This document shows positions 39,101-49,751 of a stretch of 64,000 bases of DNA, in pieces. This stretch comes from Lingula anatina (lineage: Eukaryota; Animalia; Brachiopoda): NCBI GenBank assembly GCA_051362555.1, contig CM120646.1, forward strand, positions 17,546,001 through 17,610,000, in the 5' to 3' direction. Position numbers and translations under genes: made by a program. Numbering within the stretch: position 1 is the stretch's first letter; each line of letters starts with the position of its first letter. The notes under the pieces were generated by a model. That model ran no database searches and was not told the origin of the DNA. It was given only the letters and a program-made list of their open reading frames with translations.

Positions 39101-42100
39101 TCTATAGATTTGTCACTTGGTTGTATGTTCGTAGGTGTGATTGCAAGACCAGCAAATTCGACTGCATCTTGGGCGAACTGAAATTTCTTGGGATTCAAGG
39201 TTATACCATTACGTGCACACAGGTCTAACCACTTGCATGCTTGAAAGAATGCCTCTTCAACTGAGTTTGCCCACATGCATGTATCATCTACACACTTGAC
39301 TTTATTAGGGAAGTCTGTGATTATGGCATCAAATCTCTGGTTGTAGGCATCTCCACTGGCTAAAAACCCCTGAGGTGCTACCTTGTATCTGTAACAGCCC
39401 CATGGTGTGATGAATGTCGTGATATGCCGGTTCTCCTCCCTAATAGGCACAGAGTGGTACCCATTCCAGGCATCCGTCATAGTTTTTTTTAACACCCTGT
39501 GGGATGTGGTTTGCTAAGTGAAAGGGGGTAGGCACATGGTGTGTTTGGCGGACAGAGTGGCGGTTCAGTTGCTGTAAGTCTACTGTTCGCCTAGGAGTGC
39601 CATCAGCTTTTCCCATTACTACCATGCGGGAACACCATGTTGTTGGGGTATTTGGGCTGACTCGTTCAAGGACCCCTATTCGGACATCCCTTTCAAGATC
39701 AGCAAAGACCCTCTCTTGCCAGTGAATTGGAACAAGTGCCGGCTTATGGACTGCGACCGGTTTGGCATCTGGATCCACATGAAGTTGGAGCGGCTCACAC
39801 TTCATCAGGGGTAATGGCTGGTGTTCACACGTATTAAATGTTGTTGCTCCATAATAGTCGAGGAGCCAATCTTTAAGCACTTCAACATTTTCTTCCAAAG
39901 CCTTTAAGCCAGGGGGAAGAGATGTGGGTAATGGTGGTGGCTCCTCTCTGCGCCTTGGACATGTGCACGGAACTTCATCAGTGGGGCCAATTGAAGCTGT
40001 GTGTGTTGTATGCGTGGCACTCGGAAAATCTGGCTTAATTATCCCCAAGTCTGTCAGTGCCTCTCTGCAGAGGAAGGCTTTCTCAATGGATTCAGACACA
40101 AACAAGCGAGACATTCTGATGTGATTGTTTTCATCTTTGACAGAGACACTGACAGCAATGCCACCCATAACACCCAGATTCTCTTTGATGGCACCTCGCA
40201 TCACAAGTTTAACAGGCAAGAGGTCTTCTTTCCTTATGCCTAGAGCCATAGCCGACTTCAGTGGTATTATGCTGCTCTGACACCCTGTATCCGCAATCAT
40301 GGACATGTTGACTGGTTTAAGTGTTGACGTGTCTTGCATCGGATACCCAAAAGCAGCATGGTCTGCAGGTAGAGGGGTCATTCTCACTAAAACCATTGGG
40401 TGCGGTTTTGATGGGCGAGCTATCCACTGGCCATCAAATATGTGGTGATCAAGTAATGCAGTCTTGTTGGGTTTATGTCGCCTGGGCGGATTGTTTTTGG
40501 AAGCCGTACACAGCTGATCAAATACATAATTGGTGTCAGCGTGGTCCGTACCCTTAGTTTGACCTGTCTGAGTGCGTGATTTGGGCGGGTTTCTATATCC
40601 TCTCCCTTGCTGGCATAACCTTGAAGACTTATCCCGGTGGCCCCATTCACCGCAGGTGTTACATTTGCTGCAAAGGTCTGTATAATGTCCTTTGACACCA
40701 CATTTGGCACACATGAAACCCCATGCCTCACACTTCCTGGCTCTTGCTCTTCTATCGTTTCTTGGTCCATGGGCAAGTCCACCACATGCCCAGCATTTTG
40801 GTTTCCCATCAGTTTGAACAACTGGTGATTTTTGAACATTGCTGGCAGCATTAGCAGTGTCTCCGACTGCACTCTTGGTCACTTTTCCCTGTTCCTTCTG
40901 AGCGATAAAGGATACAGTTTCCTCTAGCGTCCTGTCTGTTTTAGGGTCACCCAATAAATCTGACATAATTTCTGGGTCAGCGATGCCTCTGATGAGGTTG
41001 TCTTTTATGATTTCATCGCTGTAGTCAAACATATGGGTGCAGCCTTCTTCTTTACATGTGGCTGTATATCGACACAATGCTGCTTGGCCTCTCAGGCTTG
41101 CCAAAAATGTTCTAATACTGGTTCCTGGAGTTTGAGTCATTTTACTCAGTCGTATGCGATGAACCAGGGTACTCTCATCTTTGACAGCTAGTCTTCTTAT
41201 GGCAGCTAGGAGGTCTGCCTCCACCATATTTGCAACATTGTCTCTAAGATCTCGCATAATGTCTGTGCGTAAGTCTTGATCACAACAGTAAAAGAGGGCG
41301 GTTGCTACCATGCTTTCAGCAATGTTCATACCAGCCTTGTACATGTTCCACTGCCTGGTGAATGCCGACCACTGATCTGGATCAGACCCTGTTGAAATTT
41401 GTGGTGGATCCAGCTTGAGTTTCTGGGGCGCCGGCTGAGTCGGATGGGCAGTCTGGCCATGCATTTGGAGAGCTGCGGTTAAGGCTCCTGCGAAGGCAGC
41501 GTCAAGGTCCTGTGACTGCCAGTCACAACCCACCACAGGACATTGCAGTTGGGGCATCCTGTTTGTTTTGAAGACTCTACAAATAATGGCTGAAAATCTA
41601 ACTCGGTTATCTACACAGTGGCAAGGGAAATCTGGTGTCCGTCATAGATAAATATGTATATCTTCAACTTTATTGAACTAATCTAGTTGATGATGGACAC
41701 CTGGAATGATACATATAAAGAGCACTATTAGATATCTAGCTAATTGATATTCCAAGGACCTTTAGATGCTGTGTCAGAGGAAAGACAAGTGAAATTTCTT
41801 CTCCTTTGGATCGGAGAAAAAGGCCGCGAAATTGTGAAAACTTTTAACATTGATGATCCAGACGTGTTGACCTCGTATTGGCAAAAATTGGAAGAATACA
41901 CGAAGCCCAAGAGTAACTTTCGAATTCAGAGATTTAAACTTAGAGCATGCAGACAAAAAGCAGGTGAGAGCATTGATTCTTTTGTCAGACGAATCAGACT
42001 CGTGGCAAATGAATGCAAATATACCGATGTTGATCAACACATAATCGACACTCTCATTTTTGGCACTAACTCGGAGCGAATTCAGGCGAAATTATTACAA

Positions 42101-45100
42101 AGAGAGGACGATTTGACTCTAGATCAGGCTCTTGTCATTGCACGAACAGAGGAAGCAACTAAGAAACAGATTGAGGATCTTCACAGTACATCAGCAAAGG
42201 AAATTCACGCACTACGGCCAAGTGGAAACAGTCAAAGAGGGAGACCGCGTTACAGACAGCCACAACATCGCACTCCTCGCCAGCAAACTCAATCAAAGGT
42301 ACCAAGCAAACAACGCTCACGACAGCCACTGCAAGAATGTAGTAAGTGTGGAACTGAACATGTTTTTCAACAGTGCCCAGCTAAACGTACAATTTGTCTC
42401 AAATGTGGCAAGCCAGATCACTGGAAAAGGGTATGTAGAACAAAAACAGTAACTGCATCGACCCATAGTAAAACTGTGCATTCAGTAGCAAATGAAAGTG
42501 ACAGTAGCAGTGTATACTTTGACTCTATATATGTAGATAGTATTCAGTCAAAACAGTCCCTAGTCAAGCCATTTGCTGACATTGAAGTTAAAGTTGGGAA
42601 CTCTACTTCAACATTACGTTGCAAAATAGACACTGGTGCTGAGGGAAATGTAATACCACTGTCTTCTTTCAAAAAACTTGCAATTCAGCAACCATTAAAG
42701 CCTACAAATGACACGATTACGGCATATGGTGGCAGTAAGTTACCAGTATGTGGAATAGCAACATTGACATTCACAAATGACAAGGTCATGGTGACCTCAG
42801 ACAGTTATATTGTGGACTGTGAAGGACCAGTTATACTAGGAATGGAAACCAGTCAGAAACTGGGACTTGTTACCCTGAACATAAATACAGTGACAAGACA
42901 GTCCATACTATCAGAGTATAAGGATATCTTTGAAGGTATCGGGAAATTGGACGGGGAATATCACATAAATATTGACCCCACTGTTTCTCCTGTTGTTCAC
43001 CCACCACGGCGTGTACCTATTGCATTGCAGCCAGCACTCAAGGAGGAGTTGGACTCTCTCGTTGAGCAAGGGATCCTGTCACCTGTCACACAACCAACGA
43101 AATGGGTAAACTCGTGTGTATGTGTTACCAAACCCAATGGAAAAATACGTCTCTGCCTGGACCCAAAAGACTTAAATACGGCAATTAGACGTCCACACCA
43201 CTACACACCAACACTGGATGACGTCCTACCTCAACTGAGTGGCGCGCGTTATTTCAGTATACTTGACCTTCGGAGTGGGTATTGGAATATCACGTTAGAT
43301 GAAGAAAGTTCTCTTCTGACTACCTTCAATACGCCCTTCGGAAGATTTAGATACAACAGACTCCCCTTTGGCCTCTCGCTATCTCAAGACGTCTTCCAGG
43401 CCAAGATTGAAGAAGTATTCAAAGACATTCCAGGGTGTACCGGAATCGCCGACGACCTTATCATAGCAGGTTGGCAGGAAGACGGATCTGACCACGATGC
43501 GACTCTGCGCGTTGTATTAGATACAGCCAGAAGAAAGGGGATACGCTTTAATGAGGACAAGATGATTCTTAGAAAGGAGGAAATTCCATTCTTCGGTCAT
43601 ATTATAGGAAAAGACGGGCTAAAACCAGACCCAGCAAAGGTAGAAGCCATTAATGTAATGAATGAGCCTAGAAATGTATCGGAACTACAAACATTCCTTG
43701 GGATGACCAATTATCTAAGCAGATACATTCCCCATATGTCTCAACTTACAGCCAGTCTCAGAGACCTGTGCAAGAAGGATAGTGTTTTTCAGTGGAATGC
43801 TGAACACAGTATTGCATTCAATGAGATTAAAAGAGAAATAGCAAATGCAACCAACCTACAATTCTACGACAGTAGCAAGTCACTTACACTCCAAGTTGAC
43901 GCTTCATCTTATGGATTAGGAGCTGCCTTAATCCAGGATAAAGGCCCAGTTGCATATGCTAGCAAAGCACTCACAGAAACAGAGTCACGTTACTCAAATA
44001 TTGAACGCGAGATGTTAGCAGTAGTGTTTGGTCTTGAAAAGTTTCACCATTATGTCTATGGTAGACATGTTAAAGTAGAGACTGACCACAAGCCTCTAGA
44101 CGCCATTTTCAAGAAGCACCTACACAACGCACCACCGCGTCTGACCCGCATGTTGCTGAGAACACAGAGTTATGACACAGAGATTGTGTATGTCCCAGGC
44201 AAAAATATAGGACTAGCTGATGCCCTCTCTCGCATGAAACCTTGTGATGGTGACGACATCAAAGGACTTGACATTACAGTACATGAATTACACTCGTACA
44301 TGAACGCAAGTCCAACACGCATTGAGCAAATTCGCGAGGAAACTAGTAAGGAACCACAGCTAGCAGCTCTTCGTGAAATGATTTCTGTAGGATGGCCAGC
44401 TACACGCAGCGAGTGTCCAGAAATTCTTCACCCATACTGGAACTACCGTGATGAGTTAGGCATCGCAGATGGAATCATAATGAAGGGGAATAGGATGATT
44501 ATTCCTACAGTACTTCGCCCTGACTTACTTAAACAGCTACATTATGCCCACCAGGGAGTGGAGAAATGTAAGCTACGTGCAAAATCGTCTGTATTCTGGC
44601 CTGGCATGAATAATGATATTGAGCACACAGTCGGACTGTGTCCACCTTGCCAGAAACACCAAGCTGCCAACAGTAAGGAACCCTTAATGCCAGCAGATGT
44701 ACCTCCCCACGCATGGCACACATTAGCAGCAGATTTGTTCTATTGGAGACAAACTGACTACTTATTAGTTGCTGACCAGTACAGCAAATATCCTTTAGTG
44801 CGGAAACTTACAAGTACATCATCAGGCAGTGTAATTGCACACTTAAAGAGCATATTCGAGGAGCATGGCATCCCTGAGATTCTTAAAACTGACAATGGAC
44901 CTCAGTTTTCATCAGAAGAATTCAAAAACTTCACAAACACTTGGGGATTTACGCACATTACATCCTCACCTATGTATCCGCAGTCAAATGGATTCATAGA
45001 ACGAATGGTACAGACTGTTAAAAGTCTATTTCAGAAAGCATGGGAATCGAATTCAGATCCCCACCTATCCATGTTATGTCTTCGCACAACACCCATTGAT

Positions 45101-45583
45101 CACAACCTACCAGCGCCTTGTGAGTTATTGAATAACCGGAAGTATAAAACAAATATTCCCGCTGGACAGTCACAGTTGAACTCCGACTACAATGTAGCAT
45201 TACAGAAGAGACAAAACGCGAGCAAAACGCACTATGATCAGCATGCCCAACCACTTGCACCTTTACATGAAGGAGAATTTGTTCGCATGTATGACACTCA
45301 GAATAATACATGGCAACCTGCCAAAGTTAAAACTGTATCAGACAAACCCAGATCTTATTATGTGGAATCCAGTGGTGGAAATTACCGACGCAACAGGAAA
45401 CACATTCATAAGACAAAAGAACATTTTGATTTCAGAAACAATGAGATTGAGGAAACTGATGAACCTCTTGTTGACATTACAAACACAGAGACTGTTACAA
45501 AATGTGAAACACCTCAATCTCAACCCTTACGCAGATCAAGCAGGAACATTAAACCTCGAGGTCCAGAGAGACTGAACTTATGA
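36194..45583 (+). CDS. gag-pol polyprotein of element A (36194-36289 joined to 41747-45583, ~1310 aa if B is removed)
   Basis: MEHMYGIQPP...KEKCEL continues in frame into IFQGPLD. Contains two zinc knuckles, protease KIDTGA, RT IADD, RNase H, and integrase (H..H..C..C, DDE with TDNGPQF). Confidence 0.9.
36291..41742 (-). mobile_element. Ty3/Gypsy LTR retrotransposon B, inserted antisense into the gag of element A
   Basis: LTRs at 41645-41742 (5') and 36291-36393 (3'), identical except a 5-bp insertion. 5-bp TSD ATTGA (36286-36290, 41743-41747). PPT GGGGGAAGGAGA (36394-36405, minus strand) abuts the 3' LTR. Confidence 0.93.
36665..41557 (-). pseudogene. Frameshifted gag-pol of element B (four ORF pieces)
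   Basis: gag with CCHC knuckles, protease ADTG, RT VKCVDD, RNase H, integrase (AAHQG..CAHC, SDGGPQF, RAEIAVK). The frame breaks at ~39485, ~38762 and ~37738. Confidence 0.9.
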
Positions 45584-46367
45584 ATAAATTCAGTAATAGT
45601 GACTGTAACAAGTCAGTTGTGAAAGTGTCACAAATTGACTGTAATTTGAATAAGCCTAATCATAATTGTTTCATTTATGAACTCTGGACTTGAGATTCTG
45701 TTGACTTTTGTGTTAAAACAAAAAAAAAAAAAAAACATTTACATGTGCCTATGAACTGTGAACATTAAAATGTCTTGGAGACAAAGACAACACGGACAGT
45801 GAACTGATTATGTTTATAAGCAACTTAAAAAAAAAATTCCAGGATTTATTTTTATTAAAAAAAAGGGAGATGTTGCATATTGTAATGTAATTAACATATC
45901 TCCCATAATGCATTGTTCTTTCTCTACCAGTTAGCCAGCATGGCTGGATGTGTTATGTAATAAATGAGTTATTAAAAAATGTTAACTTGAGTTACATAAC
46001 AACAGAAAACCGCGACATGACCAACGTTTATTTTTTCGTAATTTCGCAGAAAGACCCGGCTAGTATTTACGGATAATCGAATTGTAGGCTACAATATAGG
46101 CTGATACATGTTTCTCTGTTGTAAGCAGAGACGTTAAATTAGGCCATACGCTATTGGACAGGTTAGGTGATTTTTGCTGCATGCTCTCTACTAATCCATT
46201 ATTCACGACGACGGTTAATTTATTCACGTGACACCGGACGTGCCCTGGTCTCCCCCACGGCCAGATCAAATTAAGTTGAAAAATAATCTGAGCGAATAGG
46301 CATGATAAGCATGATTAGGGGTAAACACACCTAAAACTACACACACCTCAGGATGGACCTCCTGCAT

Positions 46368-47077
46368 ATGGCAGTTCAAGACGATGACGAGGAGGTGATA
46401 TACATATGTACGCTCTCCTTCGCGATAGACGTCAGAAAAGGCTGATAACCTATGATCCTGAATGGCCAAGTTTTAATTTGGGTACCCTTACTAACGATCA
46501 GTGTTTGAACGACTTTCGCTTTGAAAAGGAAGATGTAGCCTATATCGCTTGGTACAGTTATTAAGACTTCCTGACACGATAACTGTAAGTAACAGATGCC
46601 GGTGCAGCGGACTTGATGCCTTATGTATGGTTTTAAGGAGATTTTCGTACCCAAATCGACTGAGTGATTTGGAAAGATTTTTTGGTCGACCTGCATCGAC
46701 CTTATCCATGATCATCGATCACACTGTTGGTCTACTCTATGACAGTCATCATCATCATCACCGTTTGGATACACTAGATAATCCGTGGTTGGGTCCTGCA
46801 CAACTTCAAATTTATGCTGATAAAATACATGAGAAGGGTGCGCCGCTGCAGAACTGCATAGGATTTGTGGATGGCACGGTTCGTCCTATAAGCAGGCCGG
46901 CCAACACGCCATCAACGTGTATGTTACAATGGACACAAGCGCATTGAAATTTCAATCAGTAGTGATACCTAGCGGGTTGATTACGCATCTTTATGGTCCT
47001 CTAGAAGGGCGAAGACATGACTATGCACTGCTTCGTTTGAGTGGATTGGAACAAATGGAAGCTAGAGCTTATTTATA
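46368..47077 (+). pseudogene. Degenerate PIF/Harbinger-superfamily (DDE_Tnp_4-like) transposase fragment
   Basis: FRFEKED.., ALCMVLRRFSYPNRLSDL, GAPLQNCIGFVDGTVRPISRP, then YNGHKR..LKFQSV..P.GLITHLYGPLEGRRHD in shifted frames. Truncated. Confidence 0.85.
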
Positions 47078-47482
47078 GGACCGGGTAGTGTGGTCCGATA
47101 TACCGGTTAATTCAGGATCCTTAGGTGCCGAGTCTGGTAGTTGGGTAGGCCTGAAAAAGGGAATTACATGTACGGGCAGTGTAGGGCCTATATATACGGG
47201 CACCGTACGAGCATCGCATTTCAAATGTTAAACACTTCTAACTCGACCGCTTGCATGCAAATTCATCGATGCAGTAGTTGCCGACATATGGATACTTTTT
47301 TGACAGAGCCATGATTCACCATTGAAACTGAAATATTGCATATTAGATGTCAAGTGTACATGTAATGGGCTACGGGCATTTTAATCTGGACTAGCTAGGT
47401 AAAGATAGGCCTACTCATTCTCAATACATAGGTCCATTCGAAGAAAATAGAAATGTGAACAATGAAGGACATGTGAAATATA

Positions 47483-49085
47483 TAACATTGGTCAAAAAGG
47501 TTGTCCCACCCCCAGATTCATGTGCTTTTATTTATAAATGATCACATCACAGGAGAAGATGATTATAAATAGTGATTTTCATTCCAGACTCAATAACTAA
47601 CATGATTAGTGATACGGAAAATACAAACTAGCGGTGAAGATATCAATATTTAATACCATTTATTCACATTTATTGCATGTACCCTCCCATACCCGACGTT
47701 TCAAAGTGATTTTCACAGAGGTAAAGAAATATCTATTAAATTGAAATGACACCACCAAATGTCACCAAATTTACACACATTTAGCATTAGGGGGTGCTCG
47801 TTAAAGGCTCCTTGTCTTATAGCGTTTGTGCTTACTACGAACTGCAATTACCTCCTGTAGGTGGCATGGCCTGCCTTCAACAAGGGTAACAATTCTGTTT
47901 TATGGGATATTGTCCCATTCTTCCTAAAGAGCTTGGGACAGTTGGTCCAGATTATTAAGAGTTTGGTTCTCCTTTGCATTGCACACTTCAATTCATGCCA
48001 CAGATGTTTAGAAAGGTTAATAACAGGGCTTAAAGATGGTTGCTCCATCCTCTGAACATTGGGTTTCTGCAACAAATCACTCAGCAAACGAGAGTTGTGA
48101 GCAAGTGCATTTCCTTGATGACTCCTGCAATATGTCTGACGTCACCTCTTGCAAATGGAGTGAGACATTTGTTGAGAATGTTTCAGTGAAGTGCCCCAGT
48201 AACGTTCTTTTCCGGAAAGAACAATGCACTAAAACCATGGGCTTGGGATTCTCTCCAAACGTGGACTGACCTGACACCTCAGGCGATAGTATCCTGTACA
48301 AACCTACCACAAAGCATTCTGCATCAAAGGCGTACAAGAAATGCCTTGATTCTTCAGCAAAACCAACTTGTTCTTAGTGATGGTTAACCAAGTTTTGGTA
48401 GTTCTGGAGTCACTGAACCTAACATTCTAAACGGATACCTCATTCCAACTTCGGGGTGATCCAGGCTTCATCATGACAGCACACTTGCACACAGCTCTCA
48501 CGTGGTGAATGATTTGTTGCAGAAACCTAATGCTCTGAGGCTGGAGAAGCCATCTTTGAATCCTGATAATAAACCTACTGACCATCCGTGGAAGTGATTT
48601 GAAGTGTGTAATCAAGAGGAGAACCAAATTCCAAATAGTCCGAACAAATTCCGCCAAACTTTTTAGGAAACATGGGGCAATATTCCACAAAACAGAATTG
48701 TTACCCTTGTTGAAGGCAGCGGCGCCGTCTACAGGAGATAATTACAGTACGTGGTGAACACACACGCTAATAAACACGTGACTTTAACGAGCACACCCTA
48801 ATGCTAAATGTGTATAAATTTGGTGACATTTGGTGGTGTCAATTCAATTTAATGGGCATTTCTTTACCCCGTGGACATGACAGTGGAACATCGGATTTGA
48901 GGGGGTACATGTAATAAATGTGGATAAATGGTATTAAATATGGATATCGTAACCACTAGTTCGTATTTTCTGTACCACTAATCATGTTAGTTATGGTATC
49001 TGGAATGAAAATCGCCATTCATAGCAATTAACTCATGTAATGTGATCATTTATAAATAAAAGCACAATCTTTTTGACCAATGTTG
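47483..49085. mobile_element. Decayed Tc1/mariner element with very long inverted arms
   Basis: TA flanks; ends (c/t)aacattggtcaaaaag...ctttttgaccaatgttg. Decayed Tc1 motifs VGFAEESR (for FSDES) and SPVINLSKHLW (for SPDLNPIEHLW) on the minus strand, with a mirror copy on the plus strand. Confidence 0.8.
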
Positions 49086-49751
49086 TATTTTCGCGAATTT
49101 TACCTTTTTCTAAATCTCTGGTGACATAAAGTGATAAATCTGGCTTTTTATGTAAATCATTGAAAAATTTTTAATTCATGCATTGCTTTGTGCAGTGGGG
49201 GATTTTCGTATTCAGCAAACGAAAGTTTTTTAAAATATCAACCCTTTTGGATAATAAGTTATTTTAATATTAAAACACTAATGCCATACTGGGGCGTATA
49301 ACTCCTTTAAAGACGATAATTTGGAAAATATAGAGATGCAAAATATGTCTTTCAATGATTGTCGTATGACTTAGAATAGGCAGTTTATTTTTGTTTGCTT
49401 CACGAATTCAAGTAATAAACTGATGTCACAATGACATCAATGAGATTATAAAAAGTTATATTAACACGATTTTAATCCTTATTTTCATGTATCAGTCAGC
49501 AAAGTTGAAAAAAAAACTGAATAATGATTTGGAAAAAATATTCGATATTAAATGTCAATTTTGTAGAAGTCTGGGTATTTTTGCTCAGAGTATACAGTAT
49601 ATAAGCAAGAATTGAAATATACTTTCAGACAATATACTTTCCTTTTATTTCACATACACTGCGTGCACATGCACATACATGTACAAAAAGAAAGATATAT
49701 ATTTAACCGCAACATTATATTGAATTATTTTGCTGACCACAGCCCAGATAG

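Larger units (their letters stand above)
35932..46017 (+). mobile_element. Ty3/Gypsy LTR retrotransposon A (Mag-like), full length, interrupted by element B
   Basis: LTRs at 35932-36080 and 45871-46017 (TG...CA, identical except a 2-bp AT indel). 5-bp TSD TGACC. PBS TGGTGTCAGAA at 36081 (tRNA-Leu type). PPT AAAAAAAAGGGAGA before 45871. Confidence 0.95.
35760..46290. repeat. ~110-bp inverted repeat pair (35760-35870 and 46183-46290) bracketing the LTR nest
   Basis: cagatt...ttcaacttaatttgatctggccgtgggggagaccag..gggcacgtccggtgtcacgtgaataaattaaccgtcgtcgtga...gattagtagagagc on the left matches the reverse complement on the right. Confidence 0.85.

Noticed and set aside
39470-39500. Programmed ribosomal frameshift at the A-run in element B
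   Set aside because: It lies inside the RT domain rather than at a gag/pol junction, and two more breaks follow; mutation or assembly error is more likely.
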